From the sequence record OP953026.1: a stretch of 64,000 nt of DNA; one strand, given 5' to 3'. The notes under the pieces are model-generated. The model ran no database searches, had not been told where the DNA came from, and worked only from the letters and a program-made list of their open reading frames with translations. Of this stretch, positions 14,590-25,418 are shown piece by piece. Positions within the stretch are counted from its first letter, which is position 1. Each line of letters opens with the position of its first letter. Both the position numbers and the translations under genes were made by a program.

Positions 14590-15072
14590 ATGAAACCAGT
14601 AAATACAGTTACTTATATTCCTTTGCATGTAGCTGAATCATTTTATTCCCCTAGAAATATGATCTGTCTACTGGAGAAAGGTAGAGTCCCACTTTATTCA
14701 GCAAAACATCTTAATTATTTACGTATCAATGTTGATGACATTGAGGATTATGTTGATTCTTCTTATGATCTATTTGATCATCGGCATGCACAACGTATTA
14801 TTTCCTTCTGTGAAGCTCTTGGTAAGGGTCAACACCTATTCGTACACTGTGAGGCAGGTATTAGCCGATCGGCTGCTGTAGCTAAGTTTCTGTGCGATAA
14901 AATGGGATTCATTCATGTACCGCATAATCCATCTTTATTTAATTTTGATGGTTACAATGGTCACATTTATGGAGTTTTATGTAATGCTAAAGCAGGGAAG
15001 CTTTATTATGACGATAGAGCCGATGGTATTTTTATGGGTAAAGTAAATCAGAATTTTGCAGATATTAAATAA
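14590..15072 (+). CDS. Dual-specificity/PTP-type cysteine phosphatase
   Basis: HLFVHCEAGISRSAAVA matches the HCxxGxSRS (CX5R) loop. Confidence 0.8.
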   Translation: MKPVNTVTYIPLHVAESFYSPRNMICLLEKGRVPLYSAKHLNYLRINVDDIEDYVDSSYDLFDHRHAQRIISFCEALGKGQHLFVHCEAGISRSAAVAKFLCDKMGFIHVPHNPSLFNFDGYNGHIYGVLCNAKAGKLYYDDRADGIFMGKVNQNFADIK

Positions 15073-15111
15073 CTAGCGATAATTAATAATCTGTATATTA
15101 GGAGATAACCG

Positions 15112-15585
15112 ATGGCAAAGAACACTGCTAAAAAGCTCGACGAGCAAATGGCAGCTGAACTTGATCTGACGTTATCTCCGTTTACTATGGTTCTGAAACA
15201 CGTAGTTCGTCTCCCCAACATAGTTGAGGGATTTATCTTTGTAATGGTTAAGGATGGAATTATTAGCTATGATCGGGTAGACAAATGGGCTGAAGTAAAC
15301 GGGATGCGTTTGCGAGTTCCTCGTTTCAAATCGCATTCGGTTATTGAGAAGCGGTTAAACGATAAGCTGTATAGACGTTGGTATGTTTGGGGGAATGGTA
15401 TTTTATATCCATTACAAACATCCAAGGTTGAAGATTTAAAAGATAATTTCTATTTCAAGATTGACAGTAACCCCCACTGTTGTACCATCCACATTCCAAA
15501 TATTGATGCAGACAGTATACGAAATAATACATTACCATTTTTCGAAAGAGTCCACCCTGGATGGGGTGTTATATTAACTAATTGA
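15112..15585 (+). CDS. Hypothetical protein
   Basis: 157 aa, AGGAG RBS. Confidence 0.7.
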   Translation: MAKNTAKKLDEQMAAELDLTLSPFTMVLKHVVRLPNIVEGFIFVMVKDGIISYDRVDKWAEVNGMRLRVPRFKSHSVIEKRLNDKLYRRWYVWGNGILYPLQTSKVEDLKDNFYFKIDSNPHCCTIHIPNIDADSIRNNTLPFFERVHPGWGVILTN

Positions 15586-15914
15586 GATTTACGTATATGC
15601 TATTATTGATTGATTATCCTGAGGTTAAGGAACTGGCAGATTATGTAATGTCTGAATTTGAACAATATCCTAAATTAGTTAGTGGTTCTATTCTTTCACT
15701 TGAACACCACACTAAAGGATCATTTGATTTTATCTGGAGATATGACGGATGTGTTGATATTAGATATAAAAATCATATCTGTGGGACTATTACATTTATG
15801 GGTTCATATCCAACTTATTTAACTTATAAAAATGTTATTACCATCAATGTCCAAGATATGATTATTTCATTAACAGATATCGAGAAATCATTATGTCAAC
15901 AGTTGCTCAGTTAA
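15582..15914 (+). CDS. Small hypothetical protein
   Basis: 110 aa, TTG start overlapping the previous stop. Confidence 0.55.
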   Translation: MRFTYMLLLIDYPEVKELADYVMSEFEQYPKLVSGSILSLEHHTKGSFDFIWRYDGCVDIRYKNHICGTITFMGSYPTYLTYKNVITINVQDMIISLTDIEKSLCQQLLS

Positions 15915-16180
15915 GTATTTATGTAAAACAGTTTGTTCGTCTTAATCTTAAAGATGAGGATGTTATTTTAGCCGATGGCGAGAAATGGAATATTTTTGTT
16001 TTAAATAAAAATAAACTATTGATCCGTGATAGTGATCGAATAGCAGTTACAACTATCGATTATGATTCATTCGGTAAGATTATTAAGATTGATCATTCTG
16101 ATTTTGTCAATAGTTCCATGGCAACTGATAAGGCATATGAGGTATTAAAAACATATATAGCTCATCGCTATGGGGTTTAA
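15893..16180 (+). CDS. Small hypothetical protein
   Basis: 95 aa in an overlapping chain of ORFs. Confidence 0.6.
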   Translation: MSTVAQLSIYVKQFVRLNLKDEDVILADGEKWNIFVLNKNKLLIRDSDRIAVTTIDYDSFGKIIKIDHSDFVNSSMATDKAYEVLKTYIAHRYGV

Positions 16181-16475
16181 TAAATATTTAAATACATTTA
16201 AAGGCTATATTACAAACATGATAATAATCCATGTTAAAGGAATAATCATGAATAGCCTTGCATATAAAACAACTGTTGTATTCGGTAAGACATATCGCGT
16301 AACAGGTAACAAAGCATTTATATCCATTCTAGATTCACGTGGCAATATTTGCTTTGAATTAAATATCGTTGAAAAGAAAGCATGTCAACCGTGTAATAAC
16401 TTTAGACGGTATTGTTCAGGTATTGGTATTGCACCTGGTGATCTCATCAAAAAGATTCTCAACAGTATTAATTGA
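16170..16475 (+). CDS. Small hypothetical protein (start may be a later ATG after AAGGA)
   Basis: 101 aa in an overlapping chain of ORFs. Confidence 0.55.
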   Translation: MGFNKYLNTFKGYITNMIIIHVKGIIMNSLAYKTTVVFGKTYRVTGNKAFISILDSRGNICFELNIVEKKACQPCNNFRRYCSGIGIAPGDLIKKILNSIN

Positions 16476-16532
16476 TGATGGGTTATACCAGTATGTTTTT
16501 AAATATAGTGTTATTTAGATATTATCTTAATG

Positions 16533-16565
16533 GCATAAGCCCTCCCGCAATGGGAGGGCATTATG
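16533..16565. terminator. Bidirectional terminator
   Basis: CATAAGCCCTCCC-GCAAT-GGGAGGGCATTATG. Confidence 0.85.
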
Positions 16566-16583
16566 TCTTTTTTTTTATTTTTT

Positions 16584-17393
<810 letters not shown>

Positions 17394-17480
17394 CTATAAT
17401 GCGCTGTACGCGTTTTTTCGATGGAGATAATACCCAACTAAGGTATAATATACATCGGCTTACCACGAACAGATTTGACT

Positions 17481-17505
17481 AAAAATATTTTTAGATCTAT
17501 ATCAT
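17481..17505 (+). promoter_or_regulatory. Early-type promoter
   Basis: AAAAATATTTTTAGATCTATATCAT. Confidence 0.7.
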
Positions 17506-17520
17506 GTTCCTGAACATTTA

Positions 17521-17949
17521 ATGAGAGATTGTACTGTGACTACTCCCCAAGTAGCTGACCTGTATGTAATAGATGTAACGAGGGTGATAGCCAAGTTAGT
17601 ACCAAGATCGCCAAAAGAGCTAATAAATGCTCGTTTAGCAATTAGGTGCCAAAGCTTTGGAATACATCCAGATGACTATGGTACATTAGAGCATATATTT
17701 AAATCAGTAGAGGACAGCTTAATTGATGACTTCTTTAAATATTCTATTGACTCTTTTGAATTCATGTATACTACTGGATATAATCCAATAAATAACACCC
17801 CTCAAGAAATCCAATGGTTTCATGATAATCATGAGGCCGCATCTGATCTTTGGGATATATTAAAAATTATACCTAGAGTAAATGCAGGTAAGTTTGTAAT
17901 ATTTTATCGGTTAAAGAACACAGTTTGGATCGCTATTCCAAAAAATTAA
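17521..17949 (+). CDS. Hypothetical protein
   Basis: 142 aa after the promoter. Confidence 0.65.
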   Translation: MRDCTVTTPQVADLYVIDVTRVIAKLVPRSPKELINARLAIRCQSFGIHPDDYGTLEHIFKSVEDSLIDDFFKYSIDSFEFMYTTGYNPINNTPQEIQWFHDNHEAASDLWDILKIIPRVNAGKFVIFYRLKNTVWIAIPKN

Positions 17950-17962
17950 TTGGAGAAATATA

Positions 17963-19036
17963 ATGTCGAATAAGCTCATTGTACTTGATACGCGCCACCA
18001 AGAAAAAGCAATATACGATTTACTAGGTCAGCTTACAGCTTCAGCTTCAATTGATGAAGCGATTGGGGTGAAATTGAGTAAAGATGTGGCTCAACAGTTT
18101 TTACATCTAATGGTTGAAAATATAGTAGAGAGTTTAGTTTCATATAAAACAGCCAAAGACCAGTACACCAATCTTAAGATGGCAGCAGCTATTTTTAATT
18201 GTGCTGTAACTGACGTAGATAGTAATAAAGTTGCTTGGGTAGAAAATCTAATGAAACTACCTTATCTAGAAACTATCTATCTAGATATCTATAAACAAGT
18301 AGCTAAATATATCGATAGCGGTACATGGATCCAATGGGATGTAGTTAAAGCTGGTTCAGTTATAACTTTAATCAGTGGCAAAGATTATCGTATCGCGGAA
18401 TATGATCGTGTCCATGGGATTGATAATGGTGATGATCATGCAGTGGTATCACTTAACCTACTGAACCCATTAAACTATTTATTTAGTGAATTTCTCCGTA
18501 CATTCTTCCATGGCTTTGACAGAATTAATTTACAAACACTAGGTTATAGTATCTACGAATCTAGGCGTAAAACTCAGCTATCTCTTGCTAATGGTGGTAG
18601 CTATACTTTAAATAAAGACCACATCACCACTAACCATGCATATAACATCGCAGTAGAATATATTCAAGAACAGTTAACTGCATTACTTATTGGTGTAATT
18701 GTTAAACAATATAGTAATATTAAAGTATCTTATCTAATACCTAAGGTTAACCATGATTTCTTTGCAAGTTTAGGACTTGATAATTTATTACTATTTGAAG
18801 AGAAATATATTAGCCCTCTAGTTAGTTCTATTAACATGGCATATTTTTCAACCAGAATTGAGCATGACGTTAAGTATGAACTAGAGTATCATAGCTATGT
18901 AATTTCTGTATACAAGAATAAGAATGCAACTTATCCTATTGAGAAATTAGTATTTGAATATCAACGTGGTGATTATTTACCTGATGATCAGCGAGCGCAA
19001 GCTGAGCGATACATTTTAGAAAATAATCTATACTAA
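17963..19036 (+). CDS. Hypothetical protein
   Basis: 357 aa, GGAG RBS, followed by a terminator at 19037-19064. Confidence 0.75.
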   Translation: MSNKLIVLDTRHQEKAIYDLLGQLTASASIDEAIGVKLSKDVAQQFLHLMVENIVESLVSYKTAKDQYTNLKMAAAIFNCAVTDVDSNKVAWVENLMKLPYLETIYLDIYKQVAKYIDSGTWIQWDVVKAGSVITLISGKDYRIAEYDRVHGIDNGDDHAVVSLNLLNPLNYLFSEFLRTFFHGFDRINLQTLGYSIYESRRKTQLSLANGGSYTLNKDHITTNHAYNIAVEYIQEQLTALLIGVIVKQYSNIKVSYLIPKVNHDFFASLGLDNLLLFEEKYISPLVSSINMAYFSTRIEHDVKYELEYHSYVISVYKNKNATYPIEKLVFEYQRGDYLPDDQRAQAERYILENNLY

Positions 19037-19085
19037 ATAAAGCCCTCCTTATGGGGGGCTTTATACCGATTATAAGGTTTTTATA

Positions 19086-19475
19086 ATGAACATATCTAAT
19101 GATAAAGACACATCAATGTGTATCAGAATGGAAGTAAGATCTTTTGTACAAGATCAACATTCTGATATTTGGAAATCTATAAAAAATAGTATTGGTGCAG
19201 AATATGCATTAACAATTGTATTGGCAGCAGCGTCTGAGAGGGCATCGGGTAGCACATCTAATGATGTCATAGAACTAATTAATCAGATGCTGGGTTATAG
19301 GGATATTTGTGATATTGATTTAACAACTTATCTGTATAATTGTTCTAACCGGGTAGTTCTACCATCAGCTGGTAACATCCAGTTAAATAGGGTTATTTAT
19401 GATACTGAGAAACCAGAAGATCTATACGTCACCATTACCCACACCACAACCTCGTTTTTTACTAAGAGCGACTAA
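19086..19475 (+). CDS. Hypothetical protein
   Basis: 129 aa. Confidence 0.65.
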   Translation: MNISNDKDTSMCIRMEVRSFVQDQHSDIWKSIKNSIGAEYALTIVLAAASERASGSTSNDVIELINQMLGYRDICDIDLTTYLYNCSNRVVLPSAGNIQLNRVIYDTEKPEDLYVTITHTTTSFFTKSD

Positions 19476-19851
19476 AAGTAAACTTATTAAAGATGATAAC
19501 TATCTAAGATTTGTATTGGACTTTTTAGATATTAGTTATATCGAAGCAATGCATTTGCTTGTTGCATTGGCAGAACAGAAGCTTATGCAAATGGTCGTTA
19601 AAGAAGAAATGTTCTATGAATATGCTAAAGACATTCATTTCATGCATAAACTAATAGAACTTCTCGATGAGTGTGCTGAGCAGATCATGCACCTCATTCC
19701 AACAAATACTAAGGAACTGTGGTATGAAACAGAAGCACGAGATGGATTGTACATCGGAGGAAGTACAACGTCTGGTATATGTATTGCCAATCGAAGTGGT
19801 ATTCCCACAATTAATCACATTGATAAAGAAATTTACTTACCTAACAAATAA
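19399..19851 (+). CDS. Hypothetical protein
   Basis: 150 aa overlapping both neighbours. Confidence 0.6.
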   Translation: MILRNQKIYTSPLPTPQPRFLLRATKSKLIKDDNYLRFVLDFLDISYIEAMHLLVALAEQKLMQMVVKEEMFYEYAKDIHFMHKLIELLDECAEQIMHLIPTNTKELWYETEARDGLYIGGSTTSGICIANRSGIPTINHIDKEIYLPNK

Positions 19852-20182
19852 AGATGAAGCTACAGTCATCGTCTTATTAACTCAATGGGTTGTTAAGATG
19901 ATGTCTAAATTACAACAGGATAATACGGTTATTCCTTTTGTGGATATATCAATACAACTAGGAAATGGTCCAGATTGGGATGAGTTCATTAATTTGTTCT
20001 ATACAACTGGAATCCAATTACTACATAGAACACCGAAGAATTTAATAGACTATAAGTTCATTAGTGTAATAGATAACAAAGTTGTTCTATTAACTATAGT
20101 CACTGGTAAAGAGTGGAGTCAATATGCAATTGTTGCTAATTTTGAAACCGCGTTCTTTTACGGAAGAGCTAGGTGTAGATGA
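19742..20182 (+). CDS. Hypothetical protein
   Basis: Track ORF 19667-20182; ATG 19742 is the more plausible start. Confidence 0.6.
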   Translation: MDCTSEEVQRLVYVLPIEVVFPQLITLIKKFTYLTNKDEATVIVLLTQWVVKMMSKLQQDNTVIPFVDISIQLGNGPDWDEFINLFYTTGIQLLHRTPKNLIDYKFISVIDNKVVLLTIVTGKEWSQYAIVANFETAFFYGRARCR

Positions 20183-20558
20183 ACCGACTGACTTTGTACT
20201 GTGGTGTATCAATAGACTTCTAGCAGCATATGTAGAATACTTTAACCACTGGCAGAGATTAGATTGGCCTACCTTTTTAGAGCAATGGTTAGAAGATTAC
20301 TTAAGCGATACCTATATAGAACCAGATAGACCGATGAGCATGATGGTATTTGATCATCAGGGAAATCCTAATACTATCAATTGGCACTTAAGATCTGCTG
20401 AGATTATCGAAAGGGTATTGGATTTATTTGGAACTGATTTCTTAGAGATAATCCAAAAACAAGTTATTCAAGCAGGTAATCTTATTACTAGTCTTAAATG
20501 TATAGAAGTAGATAAATATAAGATGGTAACTAAATTAGTTATGAGGTCTCAAACATGA
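20124..20558 (+). CDS. Hypothetical protein
   Basis: 144 aa, GGAG RBS, ATGA overlap with the next gene. Confidence 0.7.
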   Translation: MQLLLILKPRSFTEELGVDEPTDFVLWCINRLLAAYVEYFNHWQRLDWPTFLEQWLEDYLSDTYIEPDRPMSMMVFDHQGNPNTINWHLRSAEIIERVLDLFGTDFLEIIQKQVIQAGNLITSLKCIEVDKYKMVTKLVMRSQT

Positions 20559-21091
20559 TGCATCCACTTCTTTATAGACAACAAGAAATGCAGCGGATAA
20601 ATGATGCTAATAACATAACTCCAGGCCAACAAGGAATGACGAGTTTCGTAGTTATTAACATCAGTGATATCTGGCCCATTGTTAATAAAATGGCTGATGT
20701 AGTTGTCAATAAGTCTTACAATACTCCTTACCCATATACTGAACACCAATCTATAGAACAGTTATGGTATCAGGCGATTAATGCATATATTGAATTTCTA
20801 GCACAACAGCCTACTCAACCAATTATAGGGGTTGACTATTATTTACAAGAATACTTTCCATCAGTAGCGCCTGTGATTATGCAAGATAAATATGCATTGA
20901 GTATTCTTAATATGTGGTTTGCAGCTGTGTGTAAAACACTGGCTAGTAAACTACAATCTGAAATAGCGTATCTTTATCAGAATGGATATGGTGTAGAAAG
21001 AATCCAATCAATAGCAGTTGATCAACATAATCAAGGTTATATTCTAGAAGGTGAAGACTTTGGTATGGACTGCTACAATGATGTGGATTAA
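20555..21091 (+). CDS. Hypothetical protein (gp47-like by order; possible nucleus-import accessory factor)
   Basis: 178 aa, GAGG RBS; numbering inferred by counting back from the DNA polymerase gene. Confidence 0.6.
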   Translation: MMHPLLYRQQEMQRINDANNITPGQQGMTSFVVINISDIWPIVNKMADVVVNKSYNTPYPYTEHQSIEQLWYQAINAYIEFLAQQPTQPIIGVDYYLQEYFPSVAPVIMQDKYALSILNMWFAAVCKTLASKLQSEIAYLYQNGYGVERIQSIAVDQHNQGYILEGEDFGMDCYNDVD

Positions 21092-21163
21092 GTGACACAT
21101 ATTAACAATTGACGTAAATAGGAAAGCCTATCGGTTCACATAGGCTTCCTACTAGGAACCGAT

Positions 21164-21547
21164 ATGGAAAAACGAGTATTTATCGTATTTAAATCTAAAG
21201 AGTCAGAAATATATTCGCAACATTTGCTTCGTGAATATACAAAACGAATGATATATCCAGATTGTCCAACACCACTTGATTTATTTGAAGAATCACGTAA
21301 GTTAAGTTATATGGATACGCTTAATAATGACATATATATCCATATGCTGATGTATGGACATGACTCATTTGATGATCCTGACGAAGATATTGAGTTAGAG
21401 AATTATTCTACTAAAGGATATGTTATTGAATATTGTACCGACTTTATCAATAGCTTTAAAGAAAAATATCCAAATGGACATGTATTAATTACAGTGCCAA
21501 TGGATACAAAAGGTCTGTTTGGTGTAGTTGTATTACTAGATGAGTAA
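21164..21547 (+). CDS. Hypothetical protein (gp48-like by order)
   Basis: 127 aa, AGGA RBS. Confidence 0.6.
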   Translation: MEKRVFIVFKSKESEIYSQHLLREYTKRMIYPDCPTPLDLFEESRKLSYMDTLNNDIYIHMLMYGHDSFDDPDEDIELENYSTKGYVIEYCTDFINSFKEKYPNGHVLITVPMDTKGLFGVVVLLDE

Positions 21548-21572
21548 TACCCTATGTAACCAACTATTTTAG

Positions 21573-21998
<426 letters not shown>

Positions 21999-22198
21999 CT
22001 ATAAAGGAGCCATTATGGCTCCTTTTATGTTGTATTATTTTTACTTGCTTACATCATCTAATGTGAATGTAAGTTGATGTGCTACCTCTCAATTTAGGGT
22101 GCCCGTATAGGGTACCCATTCTTTCCTTTTCTTTTTTAGTTAAAGAGAGAGAAATCATTCACTATAATTAAAAATAAGTATACTGAGAGATATGTGAA

Positions 22199-24394
22199 AT
22201 GACCGCATTTGCCCAACCAAATCCGTTTTTAAAAGATGTCAATGATTACCATCGTGATATTGATATCATTAATGCATGTCTTGATGATAATGCCAAATAT
22301 CTTCAATTAATGACAAAAGATGAATTAAATATTAGTTTAGAAGAATGTAAAGAATTTGTTAAAGAACAATTACGTCAAAATGGCGAATATGCACTTCGTA
22401 ATCCATTAGCAACTATTCTAGATAAAAATAAGTTTGGTGATAGGGAATTAAAGACGGTTTCATTTATGGCTTTTCTTAACCGTGTTAAGAAACAGAATCT
22501 ATTATTATCTCCATCAATGACCGCATATTTACCAGAGTCTGTTAGACAGTCTACGCACTCCATCTATATTGCCGAAGGTGTGAAAAACCGTAAGCGTGTT
22601 AAAGGTGAACAGATGCAGGCTGAACGTGAAGCAGCTGCTTTCCTACAGGCCGGCGATAAAGAGAATTCACAAATTAAAACAGAACTTGCACAAGTACGTA
22701 AAGGCGAGCAAGAAAACTTCAAAATTAACAATAACTCATATTCAGGCGGTACTGTATCTGCTGCCACTATTCTTTATTATAAGTCCACACACTCTAGTTT
22801 AACATCTACCTGTAGAACTGGTACCTCTTATGCTAACTCAAATAATGAAAAATTCATTATGGGTAATAGGCATTATTATACTCCAGAAATCACAAAAGCT
22901 AATTTAGTAAACACTATTAATGTAGCTGATATGGAGTTAATTCAAAAAGCAGTAACTAATTTTAATCTACATTGCCCAACGCCAGAAGAAGTAGTTGATA
23001 TGGTTCTTTATTCAACTAAACACTATTGGCAAAATAAGTACTACACGGCGCAGATTTTAAAACTAGCTACTGGGATGACACCAGTCGAACGAGCAGCAGT
23101 TATGTACGTAGGTGATCTATATCACTTATATAAATACAATAAAGAATTAATCAAGAGCTTTCTAATTAAATTAAGCCAGGTTGGAACAAAAGAACAAATC
23201 ATCACTGAAGAAGAATATTCAACTTATGATGGTGATATGGATCTATTGGCTAGCTTTATTTGCTTTGATACTGTTAAAGGTCGATCTAAAGCTAAACTAA
23301 AAGAGTCAGATCCAGATACATTAAACCAAGTTTATGCCACTGGTCGAAATATCGCTGAAACTCTTAATGAATATCGTCTATTGATTGAAGCTTTCTTCTT
23401 GACTAAATGTGTACCATCAAGCATTCATGCTTTTCCAACTGTGTATAGACGAGCTGCTGTTATTTCAGATACTGACTCCACTATGTTTACATTACAATGG
23501 TGGGTTGAGGAATTCTTTGGTAAAGTAACTTTTAGCAATGAAGCTAAGCGACTAGTATTCGCACTAGTGTTTCTAGTGTCTGAAGTAGTTATGCATATCT
23601 TGGCGATTCAATCCGCTAATATGGGTGTATCTAAAGATAAGCTTCGTCTATTTGCAATGAAGAACGAATATTATTTCGCAGTACTGGCCTTAACTACTCG
23701 TTCTAAACATTACTTTGCATCACAGGATGCCCAAGAAGGGGTAATGTTTAATGAGTCACGAATGGAGATCAAGGGTGTAGGACTAAGGGATAGTAAAGTA
23801 CCTAAGAAGATTAATAGTCGTGCTAAAACACTCATGGAAGATATCATTAAAACTGTAAAGACTGAAGAGAAAATCGACTTGGCTTCAATTCTAAAAGAAG
23901 TTGGTGATATCGAAAGAGAAATTATTGAGTCTGTTAGAAGTGGTAAAGCTGAGTATCTGACAAGTGGTCAAACTAAACGACCTGAGTCTTATAAATCTGA
24001 AGATAACTCAACCCATAAAAAGGGATTAGTGTGGAAGACTGTATTTGCTCCATCATTTGGTGACGCTGGTGATCCACCTTATTCACATGTAAAGATCTCA
24101 GTTACTCTTAATAATAAAACTGCGATCAAAGAATGGATTGATGGTATCGAAGATAAGAAATTAGCTGCTCGTATTCAAGCATGGGTTACTGAAGAAAATA
24201 AAACCAGTATTGGTGATTTCCATATCCCGAGTACAGTAGTAGAAACTGGTCGTATTCCAGAAGTTATTACGCGTGTTGCTGACGTTAGAACTATCATTGG
24301 AAACACTATGGGTGTATTCTATCTAACCTTAGAGTCCCTAGGTATTTTCCTTATTGATAAAAATAACGATCGACTCATCTCTGACTTCTATTAA
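22199..24394 (+). CDS. Family-B DNA polymerase, catalytic subunit (phiKZ gp50)
   Basis: 731 aa; motif B (FKINNNSYSG), motif C (ISDTDS), KHY and IKGV motifs. Confidence 0.9.
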   Translation: MTAFAQPNPFLKDVNDYHRDIDIINACLDDNAKYLQLMTKDELNISLEECKEFVKEQLRQNGEYALRNPLATILDKNKFGDRELKTVSFMAFLNRVKKQNLLLSPSMTAYLPESVRQSTHSIYIAEGVKNRKRVKGEQMQAEREAAAFLQAGDKENSQIKTELAQVRKGEQENFKINNNSYSGGTVSAATILYYKSTHSSLTSTCRTGTSYANSNNEKFIMGNRHYYTPEITKANLVNTINVADMELIQKAVTNFNLHCPTPEEVVDMVLYSTKHYWQNKYYTAQILKLATGMTPVERAAVMYVGDLYHLYKYNKELIKSFLIKLSQVGTKEQIITEEEYSTYDGDMDLLASFICFDTVKGRSKAKLKESDPDTLNQVYATGRNIAETLNEYRLLIEAFFLTKCVPSSIHAFPTVYRRAAVISDTDSTMFTLQWWVEEFFGKVTFSNEAKRLVFALVFLVSEVVMHILAIQSANMGVSKDKLRLFAMKNEYYFAVLALTTRSKHYFASQDAQEGVMFNESRMEIKGVGLRDSKVPKKINSRAKTLMEDIIKTVKTEEKIDLASILKEVGDIEREIIESVRSGKAEYLTSGQTKRPESYKSEDNSTHKKGLVWKTVFAPSFGDAGDPPYSHVKISVTLNNKTAIKEWIDGIEDKKLAARIQAWVTEENKTSIGDFHIPSTVVETGRIPEVITRVADVRTIIGNTMGVFYLTLESLGIFLIDKNNDRLISDFY

Positions 24395-24430
24395 GAAATA
24401 TAGCCTCCCCTAGTGGGAGGCTTATATACT

Positions 24431-24455
24431 AAAAAATAATTAAGATTTATATAGT
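24431..24455 (+). promoter_or_regulatory. Early-type promoter variant, directly after the terminator at 24398-24427
   Basis: AAAAAATAATTAAGATTTATATAGT. Confidence 0.55.
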
Positions 24456-24459
24456 CTGA

Positions 24460-24669
24460 TTGCCAATTACTAACTTAATATGGTTCAATATAATGACAAA
24501 TCATACCGAATTTAATTTTGACTTAGATCGGATGAAGAAGGCAATTAACAGTGGTACTATCACATTACCAACCGCTCCACCTGGGTTAACTCGTGAAGAA
24601 AAACGAGCATTTATCCGAAGTTATATTAAAGACAAATTAAAAGAGGTAACTAATGATGAAAGAGAATAA
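24460..24669 (+). CDS. Small hypothetical protein
   Basis: 69 aa from TTG (a later ATG may be the true start); PPGLTREEKRAFI motif. Confidence 0.6.
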   Translation: MPITNLIWFNIMTNHTEFNFDLDRMKKAINSGTITLPTAPPGLTREEKRAFIRSYIKDKLKEVTNDERE

Positions 24670-25375
24670 AGAAGTCCGCGTAATTACCTGGAATGATTAT
24701 AGTAAATTAGTAAATGATAATCGTATTAGGATCCATGGATTAGCACCTGATGATTCCACCAAAGCAACAGCCTATGTTCTTTTGGATGACGGTAGTGAAG
24801 AATTAGTATATGTAACTTATACCAACGAATTAAAAGAAGTTGATGTTACTACTGAAACAACTGCAATTACTAGTGATAAAAGTTCACTAGATGATGTTCA
24901 ACCAATTGGTTTAATTACCTCTAGTAACGAACCACCAAAGTTAATGAGTCTAAATGACTATATTGATGAATTCAATTGGCACTCAAGTGCTGACAACGAT
25001 TACAATAATGTCTCACTTGAATTAATGTTAAATACCCATCATACAACTCTTTGGGAATGTGATAATATCCTGGTAAAAGACGTAACTATTAAACAAGCTC
25101 TTAAAGAAGGTGTTGATAAACAACTTATTAATACCGATAGTTCATTTGATGAACTAGTTACTCATCTAAGATTGACTGCTAAAGCTATTATGGACCCATT
25201 AGATGAAATGGATAATGGAGTTAAAAGCAGTGACCAAGCTGTAGTTGATCAATTACTAAATCATGACCGCAAGCCAGGTAAGTTTAGTAATAAAATGCTA
25301 TTACCAGCTATCCCAGGAATTAACCGAGCTGAACGTAGAAAATTACTTTCTAAAATGAAGAAAGGTAATTTCTAA
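24653..25375 (+). CDS. Hypothetical protein (gp51-like)
   Basis: 240 aa, GAGG RBS, basic NRAERRK tail; terminator at 25384-25418. Confidence 0.7.
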   Translation: MMKENKEVRVITWNDYSKLVNDNRIRIHGLAPDDSTKATAYVLLDDGSEELVYVTYTNELKEVDVTTETTAITSDKSSLDDVQPIGLITSSNEPPKLMSLNDYIDEFNWHSSADNDYNNVSLELMLNTHHTTLWECDNILVKDVTIKQALKEGVDKQLINTDSSFDELVTHLRLTAKAIMDPLDEMDNGVKSSDQAVVDQLLNHDRKPGKFSNKMLLPAIPGINRAERRKLLSKMKKGNF

Positions 25376-25418
25376 TAAAACGGCATATAACCCCCTCCAA
25401 TTTAGGAGGGGGTTTATG

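Noticed and set aside
19452-19475. G TTT TTT run near the end of 19086-19475 as a frameshift site
   Set aside because: The next ORF is in the +1 frame, has its own ATG at 19399, and the run is not a canonical heptamer.
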